A program made the position numbers and the translations under genes. Of a stretch of 64,000 bases of DNA, positions 1-10,883 are shown piece by piece. Under the pieces are notes generated by a model. The model saw nothing but the letters and a program-made list of their open reading frames with translations. It had not been told where the DNA came from and did no database searches. Origin of the DNA: a virus (Duplodnaviria; Heunggongvirae; Uroviricota; Caudoviricetes). Location: the IMG/VR virus record IMGVR_UViG_3300043418_000226. One strand, written 5' to 3'. The first letter of the stretch is position 1; each line of letters begins with the position of its first letter.

Positions 1-51
1 AGTCAGGTTTTGGAAATATTGAAGGTGAAGTAATCATTAAGGAACAATAAG

Positions 52-912
52 ATGAAAAAATTAATTAGAAAGGGTGTATTTGAAACTAACAGTTCATCTT
101 CCCACTCAATTGCAATTGCAACTGAAGACAAGGAGTTTGTATTAGACACAATTTATCCTGACCAAAATGGTATCGTTACAATTCAAGGTGACGAATATGG
201 TTGGGAATGGTTTAAACATAATGATTCAGAGACTAAAGCATCATATGCTGCACAATCGTTCGCTAATGATGATGACCAATTGGATGTTTTGAGAGAAGTT
301 ATTATGGAACAAACAGGAGCCAACGATGTTATATTCGAAGGACTTGATGACGGTTATATTGACCACGATTCATATGGTACAGCACCGAGAAGTAAGTACG
401 AGTTAAAGAACTTTATCTTCAATAAGAACTCTTGGTTGTTCGGAGGTAACGATAATAGTTCACCTGACCCAACGTTCTATCACGTACCTGAAATTCGTGA
501 TGGTAAAATGATTCAACCGGTATACAAGTTTGAATTATCAATTGAAGGATTAGAAAGAACAACTAAGTTCTTAACTGAACCATCTGAAGAAGAATTGGGA
601 GATGCAATATCAACCATTCTTGACGATTCACTTTTAACTGAAGGTGGCGATTTTATTACTGACAACAGTATCATGTGGCAAATCAGTCGAAGTAAAGATT
701 ATTATAAGTTATCTTATAATATAACACAAGATTACACAACTAATGAGGTTATCTTCATTAAGGAATCATTTAACACGTATTCGTTGAATAAAGAATATGA
801 AAAGGAAATGGAAGGAATGAATTGGAACGATAAAAGTATTTTTATCTCAAATAAAATTCTCGAAATTCCTGGAGTAACAAAGAAAGTTAAATTCACATTA
901 AAAGAAATCTAA
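52..912 (+). CDS. Conserved phage hypothetical protein (RxxVFETNSSSSHS N-terminal family)
   Basis: 286 aa ORF; N-terminal IRKGVFETNSSSSHSI motif recalled from phage proteins often found next to radical SAM genes. Confidence 0.7.
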   Translation: MKKLIRKGVFETNSSSSHSIAIATEDKEFVLDTIYPDQNGIVTIQGDEYGWEWFKHNDSETKASYAAQSFANDDDQLDVLREVIMEQTGANDVIFEGLDDGYIDHDSYGTAPRSKYELKNFIFNKNSWLFGGNDNSSPDPTFYHVPEIRDGKMIQPVYKFELSIEGLERTTKFLTEPSEEELGDAISTILDDSLLTEGGDFITDNSIMWQISRSKDYYKLSYNITQDYTTNEVIFIKESFNTYSLNKEYEKEMEGMNWNDKSIFISNKILEIPGVTKKVKFTLKEI

Positions 913-1514
913 TGTCAGAAAAAACTATCATATTAGAGAAAGATGCGGAAGGATTAATCGAGTTGGTTAACCTTGAGGCATGGAAAGTTAATGAACAAAA
1001 ATATTTCATTAAAAAAGAGAAAGCAATTGAGTTTGTTATCACACATAAAAAATGTGAGTGTGGTGAATTAATGGACAAATATCGTTCATTGTGTCATCAT
1101 TGTCAAACTGTTGAGTGGAATAAACAATCCGATGGACGTTATCTAAAGATGCCATTCAAAGAATGGGACGGTAAAACCTATTTGGTTATACATGATGGAG
1201 ACGATTTCTTCAGTGATGAAAGTGAGATTGAAGATTACCTCGCAGTAAACGAAATTAAACTTGAGGATTTGAAGTTATGTATTTGTGAACCAAATCATTT
1301 ACCTCAAATAAATTACGACGAATTATGTGATGACATCATGCCTGAGAATGAAGATGACCTTAACAAATTATGTCCAGAGGTATTAAAGAAGATTGATGAG
1401 TTAAATGAATTCATTAGTAATCAAAAACCAATCAGTTGGACTGAAGGAATTTATCGAACGACGGTAAAACTTGGGAATAAAGAAGACATCACAGACAAAG
1501 ATTTATTTAGTTAA
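912..1514 (+). CDS. Hypothetical protein with Cys cluster
   Basis: 200 aa ORF, TAATG-coupled to the upstream gene; CECG...CHHC. Confidence 0.7.
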   Translation: MSEKTIILEKDAEGLIELVNLEAWKVNEQKYFIKKEKAIEFVITHKKCECGELMDKYRSLCHHCQTVEWNKQSDGRYLKMPFKEWDGKTYLVIHDGDDFFSDESEIEDYLAVNEIKLEDLKLCICEPNHLPQINYDELCDDIMPENEDDLNKLCPEVLKKIDELNEFISNQKPISWTEGIYRTTVKLGNKEDITDKDLFS

Positions 1515-1525
1515 AAACAAATAAG

Positions 1526-2404
1526 ATGATAAAATATCAAAACGGAAATAGTACGGTTGAACTTAGTAAAGATGGTACCAGAGTTATTACATTTGAAGAT
1601 ACACTTCAATTAGAATATCCTTTGAATATCGACATTCGTGTTAGTACTGCGTGTTCGTTAGGTTTTAATCCTAACACAAACAAGGCAACGTGTGAATTTT
1701 GTCATGAATCTGCAAGAACTGATGGTACTGAATGTGACTATCAAGGATTAATTGATAAGTTACAAGGATTACCTAAAGGAATTGAATTAGCCATCGGTGG
1801 GAATAAACTCACCGTCGGTTTAATTGGTTTCATTATGTGGGCAAAAAGGGAAGGTTATATCTGTAACTTAACTGTTAACCACTTACACATCAATCGAGAA
1901 TCAGATACATTAAAGATGTTACTTGAAAATGATTTATTGGGTGGATTAGGTATCTCATATAGAAAAGGTTACCCGTTAAATTTTGACGAGTATTTTCTTA
2001 ATCACCCTAACGTTGTTGCACATGTAATCGCCGGTATAGATGATGTGGATGATGTTGTGGCGTCCCCATTCAAAAAAGTGTTGGTATTGGGATATAAAAC
2101 ATTTGGATTCGGAGTTGATTACTACGATGATGAAGTTAAAGACGGTATTCAAAAATGGTATTGGTGGATTAAGAAAGTCATCGACTCTAAGGATGTTGTA
2201 TCATTTGACAACTTAGCACTCGAACAACTTAACATTAAGAGATTCTTACCCGATGAACAATGGGAAGAATTCAACCAAAATGAGCACAGCCTTTATATCA
2301 ACGCAGTTGAAGGTTACTTATCCCCATCAAGTCGATGTCACGATAAAACAAATTGGGAAGATATAACAATAAAAGATTATTTTTTAGAGAAAGAAAAATC
2401 GTAG
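1526..2404 (+). CDS. Radical SAM-like Fe-S protein
   Basis: C..(insert)..CEFCHES variant of CxxxCxxC, followed by ELAIGG. Confidence 0.7.
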   Translation: MIKYQNGNSTVELSKDGTRVITFEDTLQLEYPLNIDIRVSTACSLGFNPNTNKATCEFCHESARTDGTECDYQGLIDKLQGLPKGIELAIGGNKLTVGLIGFIMWAKREGYICNLTVNHLHINRESDTLKMLLENDLLGGLGISYRKGYPLNFDEYFLNHPNVVAHVIAGIDDVDDVVASPFKKVLVLGYKTFGFGVDYYDDEVKDGIQKWYWWIKKVIDSKDVVSFDNLALEQLNIKRFLPDEQWEEFNQNEHSLYINAVEGYLSPSSRCHDKTNWEDITIKDYFLEKEKS

Positions 2405-2451
2405 TATTTATAATCAGGAAGAATATTCTGATAAATAAATAAAAAAATACG

Positions 2452-3291
2452 ATGATAATCTATAGAATAAAGTCAAAAATAAATAATAAATGTTACATCG
2501 GGGTATGTAAAAATTTTTATATTAGAAAAAGAACACATTTACAACATCTAAATAAAAATAATCATCATTCCATCAAGTTACAACGAGCGTGGAATAAGTA
2601 TGGGTCAGATAATTTTATTTTTGAAATATTAGAATCTGACATCGATGAAAATGTAATTTTTAAAAAAGAAATTGAGTTTATAAAAAATTATAATACGTTT
2701 AAAACCGGTTATAATTGCACAATTGGGGGCGAAGGTACGTTAGGTCGGTTTGGTTCAAAACACCACAATTCAAAATATTATCACATCTATAATATTCATG
2801 GTGATTATGTAACAAAAAAATTAATGTTAAAGGGAATACAGGATTTTACAGGAAAAACATTTAGAATATCAAATAAAGGATTTAGCATTTCTGGCGAATA
2901 TGTTATTACTAAAAAATATGAAGGTAAAAAATTTACAAAACATCACAAAATTTTCAAATACAATTTAAATGGAGACATGGTAAATTCTTATTTATCAACC
3001 AGTTTTATAAAAGATTTTGACATTGATGATGTATATAAAAGTATTCGTACAAACACCGCGATAAACGGTATTTTTTGGAAAACAAATAGGACCGAACAAC
3101 AAAAAAAACAATTTAACAATTACAAAGTAAAAATTGGTATGTACACTAAAGAAGGCATTTTTGAACAATCATTTGAATCTGTTACCGACGCTTATGATTT
3201 TCTATCTATCCCAATAAACGGTAACATTAGTAAATGTTTAAAAAATAAACAAAAAACCGCATATGGACATATTTGGTTATTTGATAAATAA
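2452..3291 (+). CDS. GIY-YIG homing endonuclease with NUMOD1-like C-terminal repeats
   Basis: IIYRI...CYIG, GYNCTIGGEG, C-terminal FESVTDA...ISKCL...KTAYGHIW; very A/K-rich; free-standing. Confidence 0.85.
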   Translation: MIIYRIKSKINNKCYIGVCKNFYIRKRTHLQHLNKNNHHSIKLQRAWNKYGSDNFIFEILESDIDENVIFKKEIEFIKNYNTFKTGYNCTIGGEGTLGRFGSKHHNSKYYHIYNIHGDYVTKKLMLKGIQDFTGKTFRISNKGFSISGEYVITKKYEGKKFTKHHKIFKYNLNGDMVNSYLSTSFIKDFDIDDVYKSIRTNTAINGIFWKTNRTEQQKKQFNNYKVKIGMYTKEGIFEQSFESVTDAYDFLSIPINGNISKCLKNKQKTAYGHIWLFDK

Positions 3292-3300
3292 TCCAATTTA

Positions 3301-3332
3301 TTTGGTATTCCTCTTTTTTTAGTTTACATTTG
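3301..3332 (+). promoter_or_regulatory. Bacteroidota-type sigma70 promoter
   Basis: TTTG 3301-3304 and TACATTTG 3325-3332. Confidence 0.75.
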
Positions 3333-3352
3333 TCTAATAAAATACATTTAAT

Positions 3353-3544
3353 ATGTCAAAAAATAGTTCAAGCTCCAATGGGGTTGGTTTTTTCGGACTT
3401 CTTTTCCTATTATTTTTAGGGTTGAAGTTAACAAATAATATTGATTGGTCATGGTGGTGGGTAACCGCACCGTTATGGGGTGGATTTGTTTTAACAATAC
3501 TGGTTGTATTTGTTTTACTTATCATAAAAGAGATGATGTCATGA
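3353..3544 (+). CDS. Small membrane protein (transmembrane Fragile-X-F-like phage family)
   Basis: LKLTNNIDWSWWWVTAPLW between two hydrophobic segments. Confidence 0.65.
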   Translation: MSKNSSSSNGVGFFGLLFLLFLGLKLTNNIDWSWWWVTAPLWGGFVLTILVVFVLLIIKEMMS

Positions 3545-4212
3545 TTTATATTTCTATAGATATTGAAACCACGGGTCTTGACTCGGAAAAAAATAAAGTA
3601 ATTTCAGTTGCGGCTGTAATTGAAGATACTGAAAAGAAATTACCATTTGAAGAATGTCCTAAGTTTAATGTGGCGGTTCTTCAAAATGAATTGATTGGTT
3701 CGGCAAGAGCCATCACAATTAATAAACAATTAATTTCAGAAATTGCAGACTATCAGGACGCAAATGATGAGACTAGAATGTTAATTGACACTGAAAGTGA
3801 TTACAAATTCATTAGAGAAGATGATGTTGCCAAAGAATTCTATTGGTTCTTAGAACAGAATGGTTTTGGCGGCCCTATTTTCGATAATAGTGGAGGTTAT
3901 AGTATCATCAAAGATGGTAAAATTAAAACGATGATTAACGGGGCAACTAAACCCATAACAATTAATGTTGCCGGTAAGAACTTTGCAACATTCGATAAGT
4001 TATTCTTGGAACAATTACCTTGGTGGAAGAAACTAATTAAGATTCGTCAAAGAGTTTTAGACCCGGCGATTCTTGTGGTTGATTGGAAAAACGATACGTC
4101 GTTACCTAACTTGAAACAGTGTAAGGAACGAACAGGTGTTGAAGGTATAGTTACCCATAACGCATTAGAAGATGCGTGGGACGTTATCGAAGTAATGAGA
4201 AAATTTTATTAA
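3541..4212 (+). CDS. DEDDh 3'-5' exonuclease
   Basis: SIDIETTGL, NFATFD and HNALEDA motifs; start moved to ATG 3541 (ATGA overlap). Confidence 0.8.
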   Translation: MIYISIDIETTGLDSEKNKVISVAAVIEDTEKKLPFEECPKFNVAVLQNELIGSARAITINKQLISEIADYQDANDETRMLIDTESDYKFIREDDVAKEFYWFLEQNGFGGPIFDNSGGYSIIKDGKIKTMINGATKPITINVAGKNFATFDKLFLEQLPWWKKLIKIRQRVLDPAILVVDWKNDTSLPNLKQCKERTGVEGIVTHNALEDAWDVIEVMRKFY

Positions 4213-4392
4213 TATTATATGTTAAAACACATTTTAGGTTCTGCACTTTACGTAGTGATTATTTTGTCCGTTCTCGGACATGTGCCAACTACAAATCATG
4301 AGAGGTCGATATTCATTGCGTTCCTCTTATTGATGAATCTTATGTTGTGGTTAATATCGAAAGAGGAAAACAAACTTAAAAAATAATGTGTC

Positions 4393-5049
4393 GTGATAAA
4401 CAATATTGAATTAATAAAACCATTATTGAATTTTGAACAAAGTGGGGATTTTTATATGTTATACGTTTTTAAACGTAAGAAAGACCAACCAGAAGGGGAA
4501 AGAGATAATCATCAATCAGTGAGAACAATAAAGACCTATTGTATAGAGAGTATTGACCATCTAGAAAGGAGGTTTGATGAAATCATTCAGTTATGTGAAA
4601 TGTTTAAAGCACGAGCATATATCCATGTTCAGAAACAAAATCATTTTGATGTGTCTTTGAACATGATGGTTTCATTGGCACAACGTATTCAAAACGGACA
4701 ACATAGTCAAAAAGGTTTATTCGATTCAGTTGTTGGTCAAATTAAAACCAACGAGAAGAGGTGGATAATTGACGTGGACGATATGATGGAAGCAAGTCCA
4801 ATGATGATGGCACATATCGAATATGAATGTAAACCATATACTGAAGTTGATTTTGACGCTGCCGGTCTTCCAACAGGTTATAAGGTTGGACCAAAGATTG
4901 AAGCAATCATTCCAACTAAGAACGGTCATCACCTAATCACTAAGAAATTTGATGTGATGAAGTTTAAGGAATTGTATCCTGATTTGGACATTCAAAAGAA
5001 AAACCCAACTTTATTGTATTATCCAAACTCATTAGAAAATGTTTCCTGA
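4393..5049 (+). CDS. Conserved phage hypothetical protein
   Basis: 218 aa; WIIDVD and IPTKNGHHLIT motifs, possibly primase-polymerase-like. Confidence 0.6.
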   Translation: MINNIELIKPLLNFEQSGDFYMLYVFKRKKDQPEGERDNHQSVRTIKTYCIESIDHLERRFDEIIQLCEMFKARAYIHVQKQNHFDVSLNMMVSLAQRIQNGQHSQKGLFDSVVGQIKTNEKRWIIDVDDMMEASPMMMAHIEYECKPYTEVDFDAAGLPTGYKVGPKIEAIIPTKNGHHLITKKFDVMKFKELYPDLDIQKKNPTLLYYPNSLENVS

Positions 5050-5308
5050 ATTAAACATTCCCGAAGATAAACAATCGAACAATCAAGTTTCGTTAATTAT
5101 AGACCCATTTGTCCAAGATTCACTTAAAAGTGTTTCCATAAATTATAACAAAAGTTCATTTGACAATTCAACATATTGGTATGCTAGACTTTCATTTGAA
5201 AATGGTGCAACAAAAGGTGAACAGAGAATCGACAATTGTCCCACCTTTGAGGAAATTGTTGTTAAAGTAAAACAAATTTTAGATGAGGTTAAAAATAAAA
5301 CAATATGA
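5039..5308 (+). CDS. Hypothetical protein
   Basis: 89 aa ORF in operon. Confidence 0.6.
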   Translation: MFPELNIPEDKQSNNQVSLIIDPFVQDSLKSVSINYNKSSFDNSTYWYARLSFENGATKGEQRIDNCPTFEEIVVKVKQILDEVKNKTI

Positions 5309-5442
5309 ATAAATTCATAAACAACATAAGTTGGGAAAGAGTAATCGATATCGTGTTAATTGCTGCGATTTGTTTCTTATCGTATAATGATAAAGATGGT
5401 TGGGGTTGGTTAATATTATTATTGATATTAAAGAATTAAATT

Positions 5443-6129
5443 ATGGGAAGTAAGAGAACATTTGTCACCACAGATACACATGGTGAATTAGAAAAATTAA
5501 AGAACTGTCTCGAACAGGCGAACTTTGATTACGAGGTAGATGAATTGATACATATTGGCGACGTTGTAGACAGAGGTCCCGACAGTTATGGTGTGGTAGA
5601 ATTACTATTATCAATTAAGAATCTAATTTCAATTAGGGGAAATCACGATGAGTGGATGTTAATGTTTATTAACACTGGAGAACATCCGGCAATCGGATAT
5701 TTCAAAGAAACGTTAGCGTCATATCACAAAGGAACGGGACCAACATTAAACATTCCCGATACACATAAAAAGTTTTTCAGTAATCAAATCAATTATTATA
5801 TTGATTCGAATAATAGATTGTTTGTACATGCGGGTATTAACCCACTTGAATTTATTCACGAACAATACGAAGAGGATTTCTATTGGGATAGAGAAATGAT
5901 TAAATATGCCGTTCGTGTTGAATCGGGTAAACGAATGATGGACGTAAATGGATTTAAACAAATCTTCATTGGTCACACACCAACGTTAAATTTCAAATGG
6001 CACCCTGAAAATGATAAACCAATCTATGTCGCTCAGGTAATTGATTGTGACACCGGAGCATGTTTCGGAGGTAAATTATCATTAATTGATATCACAACGG
6101 ATGAACATATATTATACCAATCAGAATGA
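5443..6129 (+). CDS. Calcineurin-like metallophosphoesterase (Ser/Thr phosphatase family)
   Basis: DTHG, GDVVDRG, GNHD, HAG, GHTP and DTG motifs. Confidence 0.9.
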   Translation: MGSKRTFVTTDTHGELEKLKNCLEQANFDYEVDELIHIGDVVDRGPDSYGVVELLLSIKNLISIRGNHDEWMLMFINTGEHPAIGYFKETLASYHKGTGPTLNIPDTHKKFFSNQINYYIDSNNRLFVHAGINPLEFIHEQYEEDFYWDREMIKYAVRVESGKRMMDVNGFKQIFIGHTPTLNFKWHPENDKPIYVAQVIDCDTGACFGGKLSLIDITTDEHILYQSE

Positions 6130-6620
6130 AAGTAATTTTTTTAGATATAGACGGTGTTTTAAATGTAATCCCACAAGGTTATGACGACTTCGGTGGGATT
6201 TTTCATTCCAACTTTGTTGATAACCTTCGTAGGATTATCGATGAGACAGGAGCACAGATAGTGGTTTCAAGTAGTTGGAGATTTAGTGGGTTAACCAAAA
6301 TAAAAGATATGTGGTATGTCCGCAATTTACCTGGTAAAGTAATCGATATCACAGTTGATACTCGGGATTTAATTAGACAAGGTAAATTTAAGTTTCACGA
6401 TGAAATTATGAGAGGTCATGAAATCCAAGAATGGATAGATAAGACACCTGAATTAGAAAATTATCTTATCTTAGATGATGACAATGATTTCCTACCAAAC
6501 CAACTTAATAATTTTGTTAGAACGGCTAACAATCAGGACCATCCAGATTGTATTGACATCGGATATGGGTTAACAAATATCTGTACGGAAATGGCAATTG
6601 AAATATTAAATAAAAAATAA
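6126..6620 (+). CDS. HAD-family phosphatase (Swiss Army Knife RNA-repair-like HAD)
   Basis: FLDIDGVLN, SSSWR, RGHEI and ILDD motifs. Confidence 0.85.
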   Translation: MKVIFLDIDGVLNVIPQGYDDFGGIFHSNFVDNLRRIIDETGAQIVVSSSWRFSGLTKIKDMWYVRNLPGKVIDITVDTRDLIRQGKFKFHDEIMRGHEIQEWIDKTPELENYLILDDDNDFLPNQLNNFVRTANNQDHPDCIDIGYGLTNICTEMAIEILNKK

Positions 6621-6684
6621 TACAAATAATATTTGTACATTAGGTAAAATTGTTTTACTTTTACCGACATAAAAGATTTACACT

Positions 6685-7434
6685 ATGGTTTTTACATTTT
6701 ACGAGGTAGGAGGGAAAATACGTGACGAAATTCTTGGATTAGAATCTAAGGATGTTGATTATGTTGCAGTACCACACGAAACATTATTAGAACAACACAC
6801 AGAAGCAGAGGATATGTTTAACGTCTTGGTTGATTATTTGACTAGAGAAGGGTTTACCATTTTCCTTATAACTGCAAATTGTTTCACCGTTAGGGCAATG
6901 TTTCCTAAAGGACATAAGTACACGGGTGTTGCGGACTTCGTAATGGCCCGTAAAGAGATTGGGTATGTCGAAGGTACAAGAACACCTATCGTTAAACCAG
7001 GGTCATTATATGACGATTTAGAACGTAGAGATTTTACCTTAAATGCGTTGGCTAAAGGTGAGGACGGAGTTATAATTGACTACTTCAATGGACAATTGGA
7101 TTTAGAGAGAGGAATACTTAGAACTCCATTAGATGCAAACGTAACAATGATGGACGACCCATTGAGAATTCTGAGAGCATTACGTTTTTCAATTACTAAA
7201 GGGTTTGACATTCATCCGGATATCTACCAAGCAATGGAACAACCAAACATACTTAAGAAATTAGAATTGACGGTTAGTGGTGAGAGAATTAGGGAAGAAT
7301 TAATTAAAATGTTTAAACACGATACTGTCAAAACACTTAGACGTTTGGACGATATTGATGAAAATGTTGTTAATGGGTTTCATGAAATAATTTTTAATAA
7401 TGGATTGTGGTTAAAACCAACATTTGAACAATAA
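6685..7434 (+). CDS. Class II tRNA nucleotidyltransferase (CCA-adding / poly(A) polymerase family)
   Basis: VGGKIRD, DVDY, DLERRDFTLNA, DDPLRILRALRF and ERIREEL motifs. Confidence 0.9.
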   Translation: MVFTFYEVGGKIRDEILGLESKDVDYVAVPHETLLEQHTEAEDMFNVLVDYLTREGFTIFLITANCFTVRAMFPKGHKYTGVADFVMARKEIGYVEGTRTPIVKPGSLYDDLERRDFTLNALAKGEDGVIIDYFNGQLDLERGILRTPLDANVTMMDDPLRILRALRFSITKGFDIHPDIYQAMEQPNILKKLELTVSGERIREELIKMFKHDTVKTLRRLDDIDENVVNGFHEIIFNNGLWLKPTFEQ

Positions 7435-7628
7435 TGACACAGGACCAATTCAATAGAGCGGAACAAATCTTAGAACAAATATCTAAGTTGAAAAGATTAA
7501 GAGGACGAATACTCAACACACACAAAAAACATAAGAACGATGTGGAGATGATGGAAGTGATGAACGATTGTTTAAGTGCTGTAGATGTATTAATTGAAAT
7601 TGACGAAAAAAAATTTAAAGATTTATAA
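7434..7628 (+). CDS. Hypothetical protein
   Basis: 64 aa coupled ORF. Confidence 0.55.
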   Translation: MTQDQFNRAEQILEQISKLKRLRGRILNTHKKHKNDVEMMEVMNDCLSAVDVLIEIDEKKFKDL

Positions 7629-7629
7629 C

Positions 7630-9540
7630 ATGAGTAAATTCACCCCTAGCAAATATCAAAAAGATATTTTTAATTTTATTAAAAATGGTACAGAGAATGC
7701 TATAATTTCTGCCGTTGCTGGTAGTGGTAAGACTACAACTTTAGTTAAAGCACTTGAACAGATTCCGTCTAATAAGACGGTGCTGTTCTTGGCGTTTAAT
7801 AAAAGTATTGCCGATGAATTAAAAGTGAGGGTTCCACAAACAAGTAACATTACGGTTAAGACTGTACATGGTTTTGGATATTCTGTTTTAAGGAATCAAT
7901 TCGAAGTGGAAATCGATAATAAAAAATACGGTAAGATGTTGAAGGACATTATATCGTTCCACACAAATAAAACCAAGTCGTCAATTGAGAAATACAAATT
8001 CGATAAAACACATTTAGGTTACATTTCTAAAATGGCATCGGCAGTTAAAACTGATGAAGGTGACAATAAAGATTTCTTCGGTGACGTTATTAACTTAACT
8101 AACTTAGGGAGATTACATTTGATTGACACAGAAATTAAATTAAATGGTATCGAGAAACTAAATGAATTAGCGAGAATACATTCAGTTGGAAATGAGGATG
8201 GTGAGAGTGAAGTTGCATGGTACCTAATCAAATTAGGTTCAACTTATGTAAGCGAAATTGATTACACTGACATGGTGTACTTACCAAACGTTCTTCATGT
8301 TCTTCAAACTGAAGTTTACGATTTTGTTTTCATCGATGAGTGTCAAGATTTGAATACATGTCAAAGACATTTGATGGAGAAAGCAATCAAACCTGAGACA
8401 GGTAGATTCATTGCCGTTGGTGACCCTAAACAGGCCATCTATGGTTTCGCAGGTGCCGACTACGAATCATTTAAAAAGTTATGTGACATTCCAAACACAA
8501 TACAATTACCATTGTCGGTTACATATCGTTGTGGTACCAGTATTATTGATATGATTAAACACATTAATCCATTCATTAAGACGGTCACTAAGGCAAGGGC
8601 GGGTGAAGTAATTCATCAGTTCTCATATAAGAATATTGAAGACGGAGACATGGTTCTTTGTCGACAAACGTTTCCGGTTGTGTCATTGTGTATTAAACTT
8701 TTGAGTGAAGGTAAACGAGCTTACATTGTTGGTTCGGATATTGGTTTATCATTAATAAAAATGATTGGAGATTGTCAAAGAGTTTCCGAGGAGTTTAATA
8801 TGACAAATGTATTCTCAAGATTATACAATGAGAAATCAAAGATAATCGAGAAATTAATGAAGAACCATAACATCTCAAAATCAGAGGCGTTAGAAGATTC
8901 ATTTGTTATTATGTACAATGAGAAGATACAAGTAATCGAAGCACTATCAAAAGATATTACTGACCCGAATGAGGTCATTGCAAAAATTCATGGTATATTC
9001 TCCGACACTAAAAAGGTTGGGATTTGTTTAAGTACAATTCACAAGTCTAAAGGTCTCGAATCTGATAGGGTATTCATTTTACAACGTGAGTTAATGCCAT
9101 CAAAGTACGCAACTCTACCATGGCAAATGGAACAGGAAGATAACCTTATGTACGTTGCATACACAAGAGCAAAGAACACATTAGGTTTCATTAGTGACTA
9201 CGACGCTTGGAAGACACATAAGTCTGAAAGTGAGAATGTAGTTCCGGTTATGGAAAGTAAACATATCGGTGCAGTTGGTATGAAAATGAATTTGAAACTT
9301 ACGGTTTTAAACATTAAGAAGATAGACGGACAGTACGGTGAGACGTTGATATACGAAATGAAAGACGATAAGAATAATATCTTCTCAAAGTTCGGTGAGA
9401 TTAATCCAAGATTCCTAAGTGAAGGTAATGAGAAAGAAGTTAAAGTAGGTTCATCATTAAACTTTTATGGTATTATATCCGGTCATTCGGAATTCAGAGG
9501 AACTAAAAACACTAAAATCGGGAGAATATCTCAACACTAA
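7630..9540 (+). CDS. UvrD/Rep-like superfamily 1 helicase
   Basis: AVAGSGKTT, IDECQD, VGDPKQAIYGF, STIHKSKGLE and YVAYTRA; start at ATG 7630. Confidence 0.9.
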   Translation: MSKFTPSKYQKDIFNFIKNGTENAIISAVAGSGKTTTLVKALEQIPSNKTVLFLAFNKSIADELKVRVPQTSNITVKTVHGFGYSVLRNQFEVEIDNKKYGKMLKDIISFHTNKTKSSIEKYKFDKTHLGYISKMASAVKTDEGDNKDFFGDVINLTNLGRLHLIDTEIKLNGIEKLNELARIHSVGNEDGESEVAWYLIKLGSTYVSEIDYTDMVYLPNVLHVLQTEVYDFVFIDECQDLNTCQRHLMEKAIKPETGRFIAVGDPKQAIYGFAGADYESFKKLCDIPNTIQLPLSVTYRCGTSIIDMIKHINPFIKTVTKARAGEVIHQFSYKNIEDGDMVLCRQTFPVVSLCIKLLSEGKRAYIVGSDIGLSLIKMIGDCQRVSEEFNMTNVFSRLYNEKSKIIEKLMKNHNISKSEALEDSFVIMYNEKIQVIEALSKDITDPNEVIAKIHGIFSDTKKVGICLSTIHKSKGLESDRVFILQRELMPSKYATLPWQMEQEDNLMYVAYTRAKNTLGFISDYDAWKTHKSESENVVPVMESKHIGAVGMKMNLKLTVLNIKKIDGQYGETLIYEMKDDKNNIFSKFGEINPRFLSEGNEKEVKVGSSLNFYGIISGHSEFRGTKNTKIGRISQH

Positions 9541-9543
9541 ATT

Positions 9544-9867
9544 ATGGATAAAGAATATATTTTATGTGCAGCAATTTGGTGTAAAGAAATTCCATTGAAA
9601 AAAGTTATACCTGGAGTTTTACCAGTAAACTGTGACAGAGGAATTGTAGTGACAGGTCACAGACATGGTCAGTGTATATGGACAATTGGTTGTTTAACTG
9701 GTTTACGTGCAGTTACATTTGCTGAAGATGGAATTGGAGAAAATGAACAAGGATTCTTAACAAATAAAAATAGATTTGTTAGTAGATCCGAAGGTGCGGA
9801 CATTGCATTTGCCGCAGGACAAATAGAAAATCAAAAAGAAACGTTATATAGTGAGGATTTATATTAA
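9544..9867 (+). CDS. Conserved phage hypothetical protein
   Basis: CAAIW, GHRH, EQGFLTNKNRFVSR and LYSEDLY motifs. Confidence 0.7.
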   Translation: MDKEYILCAAIWCKEIPLKKVIPGVLPVNCDRGIVVTGHRHGQCIWTIGCLTGLRAVTFAEDGIGENEQGFLTNKNRFVSRSEGADIAFAAGQIENQKETLYSEDLY

Positions 9868-9899
9868 ATAATCCCTATATTTGCCTAAATTATATTAAA

Positions 9900-10406
9900 A
9901 TGAGTAATAGAACATATAGAATGTACGGGTTAGTCCCTTACAACATTAGTCCAATCCAACAAGGTATCCAATTCGGACATGCTGTAGTTGAATATGGTTT
10001 GCAATTTGGTACCATTCCGGAATACCAAAAATGGGCTAAACAAGACAAAACCTTTATCATCTTGAATGGTGGTACAACCAACACAAGATTCAATATTGAA
10101 GATGGGTTACCATTTGGTTCATTAAATAATCACCTATTGACTCTTGTATTAAATAAGACACAAGTTGCAACTTTCTTTGAACCAGATTTAGGTGACCAAT
10201 TAACTGCCATTGTTTTTTTAGTTGACGATAGAGTTTTTGATAAGAAAAATTGGCCAGATTATGAAGGACCATATCTTGACGACATGAATTCAATTCCTGT
10301 TACTTCATTCTATAATGAATGGTTGAATAAATTCTCAACTATTAGGTCTGAAGCTGAGAACATTTTATTTTTGAGAGATTATTTGAAACAATTTAGATTC
10401 GCATAA
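9900..10406 (+). CDS. Peptidyl-tRNA hydrolase (Pth2)-like phage protein
   Basis: QGIQFGHA...IILNGG...FFEPDLGDQLTAI pattern. Confidence 0.5.
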   Translation: MSNRTYRMYGLVPYNISPIQQGIQFGHAVVEYGLQFGTIPEYQKWAKQDKTFIILNGGTTNTRFNIEDGLPFGSLNNHLLTLVLNKTQVATFFEPDLGDQLTAIVFLVDDRVFDKKNWPDYEGPYLDDMNSIPVTSFYNEWLNKFSTIRSEAENILFLRDYLKQFRFA

Positions 10407-10407
10407 G

Positions 10408-10734
10408 ATGAATTTTTTTAATAAACCAAAACCGATGTCGACACTATCTCGAATAGAGAAGTTAAACGAATACAAAAAGAAAAGAAACGTGTACTATTAT
10501 GAATTGATTAAATCAATCATGGACGGTGCTGTTAGTCAATGTACTAGTGTCGTTCTTTTGGAACCAATTAAAAATCATTATCCACATTATTCATATAATG
10601 GTGTTATGATTTATTATGATGAAGATATACATAAAATGTTATTAGAAGATGATATCGCAGCATATGCGGATTCAAGTAATCACATTGTTGTAACGGTGGA
10701 CCCACAAAGAGTTTCACAATTTAAAAAGAAATAA
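10408..10734 (+). CDS. Hypothetical protein
   Basis: 108 aa ORF. Confidence 0.6.
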   Translation: MNFFNKPKPMSTLSRIEKLNEYKKKRNVYYYELIKSIMDGAVSQCTSVVLLEPIKNHYPHYSYNGVMIYYDEDIHKMLLEDDIAAYADSSNHIVVTVDPQRVSQFKKK

Positions 10735-10883
10735 GATGAGTAATTTAAAAATTAATATTAGATTTCTTAAATGGCATTTTCAGGTAACAACCGAATGGAA
10801 ATGTTCATGGACATATAACGATTACCATAAAAATTTGGACCATGGATGGTTCGACATTTGTGAATTTAAACCATTTAAATAAG